A stretch of DNA of 63,578 bases, filler included, from Chiloscyllium plagiosum (Eukaryota): the NCBI RefSeq assembly GCF_004010195.1. It is 4 parts of 2 records of this genome, joined end to end, with 100 filler letters (N's around TTAATTAATTAA, not from the genome) between each part and the next. Parts side by side here need not be neighbours in the genome. Positions count along the whole stretch, not along the records: positions 48,288 to 56,743 come from NC_057717.1; positions 56,844 to 63,578 come from NC_057717.1; 2 more parts are not named here. One strand, 5' to 3'. Shown in pieces: positions 48,288 through 62,235 of this stretch; the first letter of the stretch is position 1; each line of letters starts with the position of its first letter. The notes under the pieces are model-generated. The model did not search any database, had not been told where the DNA came from, and saw only the letters and a program-made list of their open reading frames with translations. A program made the position numbers and the translations under genes.

Positions 48288-48999
48288 TATGGTGCTAATG
48301 TATCTTGAAATATGTCTGGGAATCAAGTGTAGTGTAAGTTTGCCGAAACCTTCATTGGAGGAACAATGGTAACATGGGACAGGTTTGAGGGGCTGAATGG
48401 GCTATATCTCTTCCTAATTGGCATGTACTTGAGTCTCAGATGAGACCTGGATTTAGTGTCAGTTTAACGTACTTTAAAAATAAAGGGCTCTCGCACTGAG
48501 AAAAGGATGTACCTTTCTCCTTCAGGATGTACTATCTGTAGTGTCTGCATGCCCAGTGAATAGTGATGGCTGGGTTACTAAAGGTATTCAAGGCTGAGCT
48601 CGATTGATCTTTGATGACCAACGGACTCAATGATTATTTAGAACAAAGAGGAAAACCACAATCAAATCAACAATGATCATTCTGTTTGGTGCAGAAGATT
48701 TGAGGGCCAAATGGCCAACTGATGCTCGCAACCCATGTGTTGTTCTCTCACTCAACCCCTCAGTGCTATCACAGGAGTAGAGGAAGACCCAATTTAGCCC
48801 TTCAGCATTAATACAATGAGATGTGAGGAAACCATTTTGCGCATCTAAGGAATTACATAAGAATAGAATTAAGTCATTCTGCATTTTGTATAATTATACA
48901 GCATAGGACGAGACCCTCCAACTATTTTAAATTGCCGCACAGAAACAAGGGAGCCCTGATTAGCTAACAGGAAATACAGAGTAGAGTTTGATATTTATT

Positions 49000-51900
49000 T
49001 ATGGGTTGTAAAGCTGTAAGCAGTGGAGCGCCTCTAGGATCAATGTAATGTTATTAATGACTAAAGTCTATGTCAATGCTTTGGAAGACAGGACCGAATT
49101 GATTGGAGCTCATTTAGCTCATCCACCAAGATAGTCATTCACTAAGTTGTCAATGGGATAAATTCAGGGAAGGTTAGTGAGCAAACCACCATCAGAAACA
49201 GTATAATGTGGGATCTGCAAAGTTTTGCTTTGACAGAATGATAAAGTAACATGGAAAGAGATTGCAGAACTCTGGTTCAGAAGGGATTTAGGTGTCCTGA
49301 CACAGTGTTCACGTAACATTAGTCTGAATCTGCAGCAAGTCATTAGGACAGTGTGTGGAATGGTGTTTTGTTTTGCAGAGTTATCAGGCATAGGAACATT
49401 TCGCTACATCTATATAGGGTACTACTGAGACCACACCTGATATATGGTGTACAGTTTTGATCCCCTCTATTGAAAAATGAAAGATACAATTTTTTTTGAG
49501 ACTTTCACATTACTTGTTCCTAACATAAAGGATTATGAAGGATTAATAGATTTTGTCTGAGAATGAGAGATGCTCTGATTAAACCACATAAGATTTTGAG
49601 GAGACTATATTTGGAGCATGCATGATAGATGTTTCCTGCTGCATGGGAGACTAAATCTAGTTCCAAGAATAAGATATATAATGATATCAGACTGTTTCCT
49701 GACTGGTCAAAATGAGGAATAATAATAATAATAATATTGGAAAATGTTTGTGGAAATCCAGGCTGGGTATGAAAGAGCCTTCTTGTCTCTCTTTACAAAC
49801 TTCTGTTTCATTTGTTGATCATGTTACAGACCCAGATTCAATGTGACTACTGGGCCCATACTACGCCAGAGATGGCTCACAAAATTCTCTGGTCTCTCGG
49901 ACTGCAGCATTCAATCACACAACTCCCCAGAAGAAAAAAATAGCATGGGAACATAAGACAAAAGAGGAGTCATTTGGACCCTCAAGCCTGCCTTGCACTT
50001 CACTGCTGATCTGATCTTGGCCTCAACTTTGTGTCCACTTGGGGAATAAGGCAGGGCAAGTGACTGAGGTGTTAGCGGACGAGCACTTTGGGACCAGTGA
50101 CCATAATGCTGTTAGTTCTGAAATAGTTATGGAAAAGGTTAGGTCCGATCCACATTTTAAAGTTTTAAATTGTGACAAGGCCAAATTTGATGGTATTAAG
50201 CACAGGTTGATTGAGGGGCAAGGTTTGTTAGTAAAGGGAGACAACATCAACCACTCTTCATGGACTTTAGCAGGCCTTCAAAAAGGTTTTGCTGGTACAC
50301 TGGTTAGTGAGGGTCGATCACGTGGGATCAGGAAGATCGAATCAATTGGATACAAAATTGCCTTGATGGTGTGAGACAGAGGGTGATGGGAGACGGTAGT
50401 TGTTCCAACTGGAGGCCTGTGACCAGTGGTGTGCCACAAGGACCAGTGTTCGGGCCACTGTTGCTTGCTATTCATATCACTGATTTGGATGAGAATATGG
50501 AAAATATGGATAGTCAGATGACACCAAAATTAGTTAAATAACTGACAGTGAAGAAGGTTACCAGAGAGTGCAAAGAGATCTTGACCAACTGTGCCATTGG
50601 GCCAAGGAATGGCAGATGGACTTTAATACAGATAAAGTGAGGTGTTGCATTTTGTTAGGCAAATCAGGGCAGGATTTACACCGTTATTGATGGGGAACTG
50701 GAGATTGTTGTCAAACAGTAAGATCCAGAATTACAGGTCCATAGTTCCCTGAAAGTAGAGTGGCAAGTAGGCAGGGAAGTGAAGAAGATATTTGGCATGC
50801 TTCCCTTTATCGGCCAGAGCATTGAGTAGTGGCATTGAGTCATCGTGTTATGGTTATACAAGACAACGTTAATGTGACATTTGTACTACTGTGTACAATT
50901 CTGGTTGCCCCACTTTGGGAAGGATGTTATTAAGCTGGAAATGGTGCAAAAATATTGAAAATTGTCACTAAATTGCATAGAGTACTTATGAAGTATAAAG
51001 CAGGAAGATATGATTTGCTCATAAAAAAATGACATGTGGGAAGAGTGTGTGGTTACCTTAAAAGATTATGCGATTTTCAAAGCTTGGAGATGTGTAAAGT
51101 AATTATGCGTCTGCCAGCAGTTGCAGATATGCAGCCAGTTCTAAACTGGAAATGTACCAATTGGCTGTGTAACTGGAAAACCTTTGGCTTGTTTTGTTGT
51201 TTTGGCAACTAGCTTGTTTTAGCCAATTAATTTAAACCAAGCTGTGAGGTACTGTATATTTTGTCACATTTAAACCGGATAGTTTTGTCTACCTGGAACC
51301 AATCTGATTAGATTGGATTAGATTCCCTACAGAGTAGAAACAGACTATTTGGCCCAACACGTCCGTACCGACCGTCTAAAGAGTAACATACTCAGACCCA
51401 TTTCCTTTTGACTAATGCACCTAACACTATGGGAAATTTAGCATGGCCAATTCACCTGACCTGCACATCTTCGGACTGTGGGTGGAAACCGGAGCACCTG
51501 AAGGAAACACACAGACTCAGGAAGAGTGTGCAAACTCCACACAGACAGTCGCCCGAGGCTGGAATTGAACCAGGGTCCCTGACACTGTGAGGCAGCAGTG
51601 CTAACTATCGAGAATAGATCATTAAGGATAAAAAGGAGGTGGGCATTTTGAAAATTGGGAGAGAGCTAACTGCCATCTGCAGAGAGAGCACACCCGCCAT
51701 CTAAGGAAAAATGTCTAGCTCTCACAGAAATCTCCATGCTCGAGGGGAATAAAAACACCATCTGTTCACAAAGGCACAAAGCAAACTTAGATAATATTCC
51801 TGACACCTGAATTCGGCAGAAAGAGGTGTTCATAAGAGATGGGAAAAAAAGATAGGTTATGTGTGGTCTTTTAGAAACTAAGTTTCAATTTATTTTCTTA

Positions 51901-52670
51901 TTGCTTGGATTTATATAAGTCTGACTTGTATTTATTGAAGCAGGATACTAGGAGAATTTAGTTCTGTAAGGGATTAGTTAGTAGTTAGGAGGAATTGGTC
52001 GGTTTATTCGGAAACCTGTTAATTTGTTCACTGTTAAAGTTAAATAAATACATTGTTACTTGTTACTTGTACAGTGAGTACCAAGGATTCATTTCATTTA
52101 ACCACATTTTCAACAGATTATAAGGGGGAGTTTCTGGGTTTTCTGATTCAGTTATTGTAACCACCATAGCAGACTGGGGTAGGTGTTTTCATTTAACTAT
52201 CAAAGGGGTTCAACTTTTTGTCCCTTGATGTTACTGAATGAGACTTAAGGCCTTGAATTATAAGAATAGGTCAGGACATCTTTCCCTGTTGCAATATGGG
52301 CTAATGGGTGACTTTATAGAGGTTTATAAAATCATGAGGGACATGGATGAGACGGATAGCCAAGCTCTTTTCCCCAGGCTACATGAGTCCAACACGAGGG
52401 TCCAGGGGATTAAGGTGAGAGGGGAAAGATTTCAAAACGACTTGAGGGGCCGCTCTTTCACACAGAGTGTGTTGTGTAAATGGAACAAACTGTCAAAGGA
52501 AATAGTAGAAGTGAGTACAATTACAAATTTTAAAGACATTTGGACAAGTACGTGAATCGGAAGAGGTTAGAGGGATATGGATTAAACGTGGGCACATTGG
52601 ACTAGTTCATTTTAAGAAACGTGTTTGGCATGGGGTGAAGGATCTGTTTCCACACGTTATGACTCTAAGA
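49000..52670 (+). mobile_element. Decayed CR1 fragments with an LTR-like insertion (about 50963-52235)
   Basis: [30 protein letters not shown] non-coding block starting TGTCAC interrupts ORF2. Confidence 0.65.
51305..51607 (-). mobile_element. HE1-type SINE
   Basis: B box GGTTCAATTCC, V-type body, (AATCT)n-like tail. Confidence 0.9.
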
Positions 52671-55141
52671 CTTTAACTCTCACCCCTCTTCCATAACCAA
52701 TTATTTGTCGCCCTCAATTCATTTCCAAGTCAAAAATCTTCTTCAAATACTTTCAATGATCCAACTGTCCAAACTTTCTGGAATAGAGAATTCCTGACAT
52801 TGATGTGATGCCGTAGACCATATCAGCAGCAGAATCGGAATTGTACTGATTTGAACTGAATTGAATTGTATTGTATTATAGTTAACCATGATCTATCTAT
52901 GCGATTGGAAATCCCGCTATCCTGAGAAAACAATGATACAGCTGGTAGCTCCTAGCTGAGGGAAGAAGCATTCATTTCATCCACCACCACCTCCATCGCC
53001 AAATGGTGACATTGATGTTGACATAAGGGGATATGATGGATGTGTCACCCATCCCTGCCTGAAAAGATCTAGATCAGAGAAGCTGAATGAAACTGTGATC
53101 CAAACGGCCACTGACAGCACCGTCCTCCACCTTGTGTGAAGCTGCAGGTCATGTTGAAGGAGGTGACACTGCTCTGTGAGCAGCTCCTTGTTCAATCAGG
53201 TTCCCCTCACACTCTGCTCCTGGGTTAAATGCAGCTTGGGAAACAGTTCTTGGAAAACCCAGGGTGGATAAAATAGATCTCTCTCCCCACACACACACTC
53301 CGTGGTTTCAGAGTTTCCCCTCTCTGCAGCCTCTGGTCCTTTCATTGTTCATGTTGCAGGCCCAAATGCTGTAATTGCAGTCTCCATGCTCCATCCAGAG
53401 TTGGGTCAGCAGATCCTCAGGTGTCCCTGAATGTCTGAGGCACTTCACAGCACCACTGCCAGCAAACCATCCCCAGCACCTCCACTAACATTTCAATAAA
53501 GGAGTCAGTCAGAAGCCCCTCAACTGCAAATTATTTGCCTAGTCTTTACTACAATACTCGAAGGGATTCCTCATGTTACTCTTTGCATGAGCAGTTAAGA
53601 GGGACAAACACAGGCGTTCAGAGGACGCACACAGTCCAAGCTCCAAAAACATGTCTCAAAGCTGCTAAAACTCCTTGTCAAACATGAAACATCCCATGGA
53701 AATACCAGGAAATGAACAACCCGACGCACACCACTTCATTGTTTCTGAGCTTCATATTGCCAGCACTTGATACATTAGGGAACTAAAAACCAAAGCAAAC
53801 ACAAGGACAGCAAGAATCACATTAAAGATAGAAACAGTTGCTTAATTAGCTGGCAACATGCTTTGGAACATGGAGAAAAATATAGGGGAGATGGGCTGAC
53901 TGGAGGACTGAAAGCTTGGAGGGAACAAATCACAAGAATTAGAACACTGTATAAAGACATTGATAGATCAGCTGGCATGGATAGTTTCATCCAATTCTTA
54001 ATGTGCTACACAGAATCAGCCCAGACTAGGACAAGATTACAGCCCAGCATGGAGAGCTCTGCAGACCATGTTTATGTATTGTTCAGTAAACTGGCCTATC
54101 TGCCAACCATGGGTAGCATTGCGAACCTTTGCCAGTATATTGGCACTATACTTGCACCAGATCACTGCTAGTGCAGGGAAGTTTGCAGCCCATGCTGTGG
54201 GCTCCCACAATTTGTATTTGTCTTTACACAAATTTATCACTATTACAGGCAAGGGGTTTTGTGTTGTGTGTGTGGTGGGGGTTGGGGTTTGGGGGTTGAT
54301 GGTACATGTACAAATCATTGGTTGTCCTGGAACATGCCGGGAGGAAATAAGTAAATTAGTTTAAATATGAACAACTGGCAGGAATTTAGTCATCGACAGA
54401 GAGAGAGACTGAGTGACACTTCATGAACAGAAGTGATGACTTGCTTGAAAATATTAAAATAAAGGCATTAGCAGGCACAGAAACGATGTAGTTCAGAGAG
54501 CACAGGAATGGTGAACAGATGGGATATTGATGTGAGTTCAGTGCGAGCTGTGGAGGCTCAACCAAGATTTTATTTCAGGTTTGAAGCTGGCAGCGTCAGC
54601 AGCAGATTACTGGCATCATTAAGATTGTGTTTCATAGCTCAAGATTCGAATAGCTGATGGGATAAGCCAGTGCGCTGTATTCTGAAGGTGTCACTGGTTA
54701 AAATTAAGAATATTCAAGGTATGGAGTTAGGAATCAGCACATGGCCAAAGGTATCATGACAGGTATGATTAGACTGTTCCAGTATCAAATATTGTTCAAG
54801 GATGGCATGGAGGCAGAGGAAGGAAATGGAGTTTGAAACCACAACAGGAGACAATGACCTCCATACTCCCAATATCTAAATATTTCGGCCAGAGATGCAA
54901 TGAATCTTAGTTCACAGCTGAAACTGGGTAGGTCAACATAAGTGACACTGCCACAAGCAAAGACAGAGAGAGTAAATGAAGGATCTCTCTGCTACTGTTA
55001 GTAGTAGTTTGTACAGTTAATATCTAGAAACAGAGTTTCAGCAGGAACAATAACAGCGGCAGTGGGTGTAAATTAAATTAAAAGAATGGTAATACAGTCA
55101 TATATGGTTTACAGAAATAGTAACTGGATAGTGACACTTAC

Positions 55142-55361
55142 CAGGGACCCCAATGATAGCCAGGATCGGGTAATAAAAATATTGAATAATCAGAAGTGCA
55201 TAATAGACTCGCGATGGTAATGACAATGAATCTGCTGTAAAAAGATACCAAACATACAAGGATAAACCCCTACCCATTGTAGTAGCATTCCATTCTAATG
55301 TTCTCAGATTCTGATCCAATGTTTGAACAGTCCAGTCTCTTGTTCTCAGATTCTGATGCAT
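55142..55361 (-). CDS. Exon 1 of a GPR139/GPR142-like class A GPCR (N-terminus and first half of TM1)
   Basis: ATG at 55361; ends IQYFYYPILAIIGVP then a phase-1 G|GTAAGT donor at 55141, which fits the TM1 intron known in this receptor group. NAT sequon in the N-terminus. Confidence 0.75.
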
Positions 55362-55483
55362 TGTTGGAACATTCCAGTCGAATGCTCTCAGATTCTGATC
55401 GGTCGTTGGAACATTCTAGTATAATGTTCTCAGATTCTGATCCATTATTGGAACATTCAAGTCAAATGTTCTCAGATTCTGAC
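55274..55483. repeat. 42-bp tandem repeat (about 5 units, 21-bp sub-period) spanning the GPCR 5' UTR and start
   Basis: (T/C)TCTCAGATTCTGA at 55301, 55343, 55385, 55427 and 55469. Confidence 0.95.
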
Positions 55484-55547
55484 CTCTCCTTCCCCTCTCT
55501 TAGGTGCTGCTGATCCCTCTTAGTGCTGTAGGTGATGCTCCCTCTCA

Positions 55548-55554
55548 TTTTATG
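55548..55554 (-). promoter_or_regulatory. Candidate TATA-like box (CATAAAA) for the GPCR gene
   Basis: About 65 nt upstream of the repeat array; motif and position only. Confidence 0.35.
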
Positions 55555-56743
55555 GAATTACACATTGAACGGAGCCCAGCTATCAATAAAACATAGAAAT
55601 TCTCCCCTGGGAGAATTAGAATCCATGGAGGCTGATATTAATCACAATCACTGAATAAACAGATTCAGTTAAACCATTTCTTACAACACTTTTCAAATCA
55701 CAATAAAAAGGGAACATTTTCTTGGTCCAGGTGGAATTCTTCCAGTTGGTGGCGGATGGATCATAAATCTTTCAGTCATCTTATTCTTTCTTTGTTATAT
55801 GTGAGAATAGTGCCAGATCACTGCAGGATTGTATATGCTCAGGTCCCCAGAGCATTCCCTGGACATTTAGATGAATAGCCCAGTGATAGTACCACTAGGC
55901 CATCTCTACACCCAATGCAATATCTATTCAACACGGAAACACATTGAAGAACAGGTTAGGCCACTGCTCAATAAAACCCAGCAATCTGTCCAGAGCCCAA
56001 AATTGCATTTTTCTATAAACACAGACAATGTATCTATCCGGCATGGGGATCTGTGCGGACCACTGCAACGTATTGATCTGTAAACCTGGGTGACATGTCT
56101 GTCCAGCATGTGGAACTGTGCAGGGAACAGCAGTGAACTGATCTGTAAACCTGAAACAGTTATCTTCTCAGCATGTAGAGTTGTGTACACCATCCCAGTG
56201 CATTGCTCGGTAACACTATATCAGACCTCTGCCCAGCGTGGGCCAACTTGCAGACCATGCTGGAAGTGACAAGATGTGCAGCTCCCACCCATTGACAGCT
56301 CCACATCTCTATTTTGCCATGACAAGGGGTGTTGTGGGTGGGAAAATCACTACCATAGAGAGATGTTGGGGGATCAGTTTAACAACCCACAAACGGGAAG
56401 GGTTTGGGATACAGACGGAGGGAAAGAGATTGAGAGCCAGGGTTTACAGGGTTCAGAATGCTGAAATGAAAGCAGTTGAATAGCATCTTGCAACATGAGC
56501 CAGTATTTCCAGGCATGATGGGTGAATGGGATTTTTGGGTAAATCTAGATGATCTAGCGTTTTCAATGAACATTTATTCTGCAGCTTTGAAACTAGGAAT
56601 GGGGTTAGCAGAGTCTTCAACATATTTGGCTGAATCTAACAATAATTTGTCTCAGCATCATTGAGGGTGACAGATGGATCATCTGCATGAGGTTGAGCTA
56701 ACTCTCTGGTGCTTTCGTACCGAACTCACCGCATTAACTACTT

Positions 56744-56843
56744 NNNNNNNNNNNNNNNNNNNNNNNNNNNNNNNNNNNNNNNNNNNNTTAATTAATTAAN
56801 NNNNNNNNNNNNNNNNNNNNNNNNNNNNNNNNNNNNNNNNNNN
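56744..56843. other. Artificial contig linker
   Basis: 44 N + TTAATTAATTAA (56788-56799) + 44 N. Confidence 0.97.
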
Positions 56844-57090
56844 CAAGTCCACACCGACCCTCTGAAGAGAAACCCACTCAGACCCATTTCCCTCTGACTA
56901 ATGCACCTAACACTATGGGCAACTTACCATGGCCAATTCACCTAACGTGCACATCTTTGGACTGTGAGAGGAAACCAGAGCACCCAGAGGAAACCCACGC
57001 AGACAATGTGCAAACTCCACACAGGCAATCACCCAAGGCTGGAATCAAACCTTGTATCCTGGTGCTGTGAGGCAGCAGTGCTAACCAGTT
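56844..57090 (-). mobile_element. HE1-type SINE
   Basis: Same family as 51305-51607. Confidence 0.88.
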
Positions 57091-57269
57091 AGCCCACAGA
57101 GTGGTGGGGCTGCTTAGTGACTGTGTCCCAGAAAGAAACTGAAGACGGACAGAGTCTTTGAAGAAGCGGGGTCTGGGTTGTTTACACATTGAAGGGTCCA
57201 TGTGGATTTGTTGGGCCAAATGGTTTCCACGCTGTCAGTAATCTAATCTAAAAATGTTCTCTGCAACAT

Positions 57270-57965
57270 TCCGCAAGTCTGTGTCCCCAGTGTAGAGGAG
57301 ACCACACCGAGAGAAACGGACAGAGTAGATGGTGTGTGTGGAATTACAGGTAAATCTCTATCAGATGTGCAAGGATCCTTTGGGGCCTTGGATGGAGGTG
57401 AGGGGGGAGGTATGGGTACAGGTTTGCACTTCTTGCGGTGGCAGGGGAAGTTGCCAGGAGTTGAGGGCGGGTTGGCGGGGCGTGTGCACCTAACAAGGGA
57501 ATCACGGACGGAATGGTCTCTGTGGAATGCTGATAGAGGTGGGGATGGAAATATATCCCTGGTGGTGGGGTCTGTTGTAGGTGGCAGGATGTTTTATCAG
57601 GATGGTGGTGGAGTAGAAGGTGAGGACGAGGGGGGTTCTGTCCTTGGTGCGATTGGAGAGCTGGTGTTCAAGGGCGAAGGAGCAGGAATTGGAGGAATTG
57701 CACTGGAGGGTACCATCGATCACCTGGGAGGGGAAACTGCGGTCCTTGAAGAAGGAGGCCATCTGGGATGTTCGATGGTGGAATTTGTCCTCCTGGGGGC
57801 AGATGTGGCGGAGGCGGAGGAATTGGGAATAAGGGAAGGCATTTTAACAGGAGTGGGGGTGGAAGGAGATGTAGACCAGGTAACTGTGGGAGTATGTGGG
57901 TTTGAATTAAATGTCCATGTTGAGCCTGTCACCGGAAATGGAGATGGAGAGGAGGAGAAAGGAAG
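57270..57965 (-). mobile_element. Penelope-like RT C-terminal/GIY-YIG fragment
   Basis: MASFFKDRSFPS, DRTPLVLTF; homologous to 7870-8530. Confidence 0.85.
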
Positions 57966-59215
57966 GAGAAACGTCCCTTCCTAACATGGTGCCATTATTT
58001 AAGAAAGGTGGTAAGGAAAAGCCAGGAAACTATAGACTGGTGAACCTGTTGTCAGTGGTGCGTGAGTCTTGAGAAAAAAATAATCAAGTTAAAAAATTAC
58101 ATGAAAAAGGACACATTGTTTATACACCGAGCTTGTGGAGTGGCCTGCATAGGGACGGCTTGGGAGAGTTATTGTATCCAGACATTGAAAGCTGAATGTT
58201 GGATTATTTGAGGAGGAATTGTTTTTTTCATTTGTTCAGTTAAGTGTTTTATTTTTATAAATTTTTAAAAAATTTTTCTTTGCATGCTTCATAATAAATC
58301 TGTGCTTAAGGAAAGATAGTTTAATTTAATATATAATTTCTTTAGATATCTGGAAAAGAAAATCTGACAAGCAATGACATTTGCCCCACCTCCCCTTCCA
58401 ATTTGAAATTAAAATTACTCTGCAATTTGGGAGACTGCAGACTATAATTGCTTGCAACAAGGAGAATCTTGCATGCAAATTGACGAATGCCAAGATATTC
58501 TGTGACACAAACACTCAGCTTCAAGGTCATCACTGATTCTTCTACATCTTTGGACTGTGATTTGTGTATTCACCTGCAGAAGCCTGAAGGAAAATGTCGA
58601 ACCCACCCCCTCCCTATCAGGCATATTAATCATGAACAACTCATGCTTGCAAAGCCTCATGTAAATTCAGTTTCTTGAATTTTCCATTCTAACAATTTTC
58701 TGTTTAAATTTTAGTCATTTCCTAGAATTCATGCAAGAATGATTCGAAGTAGTCTCTGATTTATTGCCCCACACATTAAAGAGCAACTACTAGTTCACAA
58801 ATTTAATTCATAAGGAGTGGGTACATGGGAAGACCAAGAGCTGACTTTCAATCAGCCTACAAAAATGTAGGGAAAAATAAAACATGGTTAGGGATGACAG
58901 CACCCAGAGACAGCCAATTGGAAGCCATTCTCATTCTTCTAGTTCCACAGTTAGCAGAACTAAAGTGACTATTCACAGCTTTTGTCATTTTAAAGGTTTA
59001 CAAATATTAAAAAGGTTAAAAGTTGACGACTCAACTTGTCTTCCAGTTGAAGCTTCCTGGTCTTCAACAGCACTCCACTTCTCAACTGAGAATCTGTAAG
59101 TCGTTCAAAGCCAATTCCACAGCATCTTCTGCAGTTACTTTGAGCACAGGAAAGAAGAAGCCTCTGCATTCTGAAGCACTGGAGTACCACCTTTGATTTT
59201 TAAAACAATTGATTT

Positions 59216-59500
59216 GGGAGGCACGGTGGCTCAGTGGTTAGCACTGCTGCCTCACAGCACCAGGGATCCGGGTTCAATTGCTGCCGTGGGCCACTGTCTA
59301 TGTGGAGTTTGCACTTTCTCCCCGTGTCTGTGTGGGTTTCCTTCCCCAATCCAAAGATGTGCAGGCCAGGCAAGTTGATCATGCTAAATTGCCCATAGTT
59401 TAGGTCCATTAGTCAGGGTAAATGTTGGGGATGGGTTACTCTTTGGAGGGTCGGTGTGGACTTGCTGGGACAAAGGACCTGTTTCTACACTGTAGGTAAT
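59216..59500 (+). mobile_element. HE1-type SINE, near complete
   Basis: GGCACGGTGGCTCAGTGGTTAGC A box, GGTTCAATTGC B box, V-type body, CR1-like tail. Confidence 0.92.
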
Positions 59501-59619
59501 GTAAAATACAATCATATAAGGTGCTATTGAACGCTTCTTCATTTTCAGATTAATGTGAAAGCGATATTGAGGACGATGATAAATAGATTTAGTGAATTGA
59601 TTACATAACAAGATCATTC

Positions 59620-62235
59620 AGACAGATAACTGTCCGTCAGGAAGGGTATGAAGGTGGTTTAGAAGTCCCCGTGGCTATTCCTCTCTCAAACAGATATTCC
59701 ATTATGGGTATTGTTGAATGAGAAAAATAGAAGTGGTTGTCAGATCTTGGGCACTAACAATGAATTTTGTGTTAAATGGGTTTGTCAGGTTTTAAAGGAA
59801 TAATCGTTTTCGGGAGCNNTTGCTTTTCTGGTACCAGGGTGAAGGATGTCTCAAAATGTTTGAAGCAGATTGTCAAAGGGGAGAGTGAGAAGCTGGAACT
59901 TGGAAAGGGTTAAAGCTTTACAGAGTGAGTACAAGTGGTTAGGTAGAAGGTTAAAAAAAGTAGTAGTATGAAAAGTAGCAATCTCTGGTTTACTTCTGGT
60001 GCCAAGTTCTAATGAGGGAAGGAATAAAAGGACAGGACAAATAAATCAATGGTTGACGAGGTGCTGCAATGTGCAGAGAGTCACTTTCTTGGAGCATTGA
60101 GCCACTGTGCTGCCCTTTTCTAGCACCATTCTGATTTTGACTCTAACCTCCAGCATCTGCAGTACCCACTTCTGCTGAATGGAAAAGACTGGCAGCTCAA
60201 TGATTTTACAGAAAGGATAGAAAGAGGCAAGGTGGGAGAAGGACTGGCATTTTTGATTAAGGAAAATATTACGACTGTAATTAGGGAAGATATTTCTGAG
60301 GGATCATTTAGTGAAAATGTATGGGTTGAAGTTAGAAATAAGAAAGGGGTGATCACCTTGATGGGATTGTACTACCAGCTCCCCAAACGTCAGAGGGCAA
60401 TTGAGAAGCAAATATGCAGAGATCTCGAATATATTTAAGAATAATAAGTTTGTATTCGGAGGGGATTTTAATTTTCCAAACATTGACTCAGACTGCCATG
60501 GTGTTAAAGCTTTTGATGGTGATGTATTTGTTCAATTGCAAGAGAATTTTCGCTATCAATATATAAATCTTCCCACGAGAGACAGATCAATTCTTGAACC
60601 TCTCTTGGGAAATAAGGCAGGGCAAGTAACTGAAGTGTTCGTCAGGGTCATTTTGGACAAGTCATCAACTAAGAATTTTAAAATAGTTATGTAAAAGGAT
60701 AAAAGTTAAAGTTCTTATTTGGAGTAAGGCAAATGGGTATGAAAGGGTATGAAACAAGAACTTTCTGGAGCAGAATGATCGCAGGTAAAAGGATGACTGA
60801 CAAGTGGGAGGCCTTCCAATGTGTGAGATCAAGAATTCTGAAGCATTCTGTTCCTGTTAGAATGAAAGGCAAGGCTGGTAAGGTTAGGGTGCAATGGATG
60901 AATAAAGAGGTTGAAGTTTAAGTCAAGAATAAAAAAAAAAATCCATTAGAAAGACAATTGAGATCAACTGAATGTCTTGAAGAGCATAAAGAATTTAGGG
61001 GCATTCTTCAGAAGGAAATGAGGAAGGCAAAGAGGGGATAGGAGATATCCTTGGCAGATAGGGTAAAGATTATCCGAAGAGATTCTATAAATAGTGAGTG
61101 AGGGAGCAACTGGAGAGAGATTAGGATCCCTTGAAGACCAACGAGGTTATCTTTGTGTTGAAACTCAAGAGATGGGAGAGATAAAAGTGAATATTTCACA
61201 TCAGTTGTTATTGTTGGGAAAGAAATGGAGGCTAGAGAAATCAGGGAAATAAATACTGATGTTTTAGAAACACTTCACAGTCCAGAAGAGGAAGTGCTGG
61301 AGATCTTAAAAAACATGAAGATAGATAAACCTTGAAAACCTAATCAAGTGTGTCCCAGGACGTTGTGGGAAGTTAGTGAGAAGATTGTCAGGCCCAGAAC
61401 AGAAATATTTGTATCATCTATAAACATGGGTAAAGTACTGGAGGACTGAGATGTGGCTAAAATGTCATTGTTTAAGAAGAGATGTGAGGAGAAGCCTGGA
61501 AACGATCGACCTGTGAGTCTGACCTCAGTGTGGGTCCTCGGCCCTGGGTAGTGTTGTAGAGCAGAGAGAGTTCTCAGGGTTCAAGTGCATAATCCTTTGA
61601 AATTTGCATCACAGGTAGACAGCCTGGTTAAGAAGGTGATTAGCATGCTTGCCTTCATTGTTCAGACTTTTGAACAGAGGAGGTCTGACATTATATTGAA
61701 TTTGTACAGGATGTTGATGAGGCCTCTTCTGGATTCAGGGCAATTCTCATTGCCCTGTTATAGGAAGGATATTATTAAACTAGAAAGGGTTCAGTAAACA
61801 TTTACCAAGATGTTGCCAAGAATAGAGGGCTTGAGATATAAAAATGGGCTGTTGCATTGGAAGGTGAGGGGTGACCTTATTGATGTTTAAAAAATCATGT
61901 GGGGCATAGATAAGGTGAATGACAAGGGTCTTTTCTCTCGGGTGAGGAGTTCAAACCAGGGGGGTATATTTTTAAGGTGAGAGGAGAAAGATTGAAAAGA
62001 AGATGAGGGGCATCGTTTTGACTAGTTCATGTGTGGAATGAACTACCAGAGGAAGTGATAGATCTAAGTACAATTACAATGTTTATAATACATTTGGATA
62101 AGTTCATGAATAGGAACGTTTGGAGGGATATGGGCCAAGCACAGGAAGGTGGGAATAGTTTATGTTTTGGAACATGGTCAGTGTGGCCTGGTTGGTCTGA
62201 AGGGTCTGTCTCCGTGCTGTATGACTCAATGACTC
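59620..62235 (+). mobile_element. Decayed, internally deleted CR1 with a short Penelope tail at about 60105-60175
   Basis: ORF1 remnant, GDFNFP, ORF2 C-terminus and CTATGACTC-type tail; insert CTCCAGCATCTGCAGT. Confidence 0.8.

Noticed and set aside
55298..55513. Plus-strand repetitive ORF (MFSDSD...)
   Set aside because: Antisense shadow of the 42-bp repeat; the minus strand has the TM1 sequence and splice donor.
55830..56300. Possible Harbinger transposase remnant (also GC-rich blocks at 35280-35830, 37100-37760 and 52900-53750)
   Set aside because: Motif echoes are too degraded to support without a profile search.
57334..57984. 216-aa Gly/Glu-rich plus-strand ORF
   Set aside because: Antisense reading of a Penelope fragment.
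59216..59290. tRNA gene
   Set aside because: A/B boxes run into a SINE body and tail found in seven copies; no full cloverleaf.
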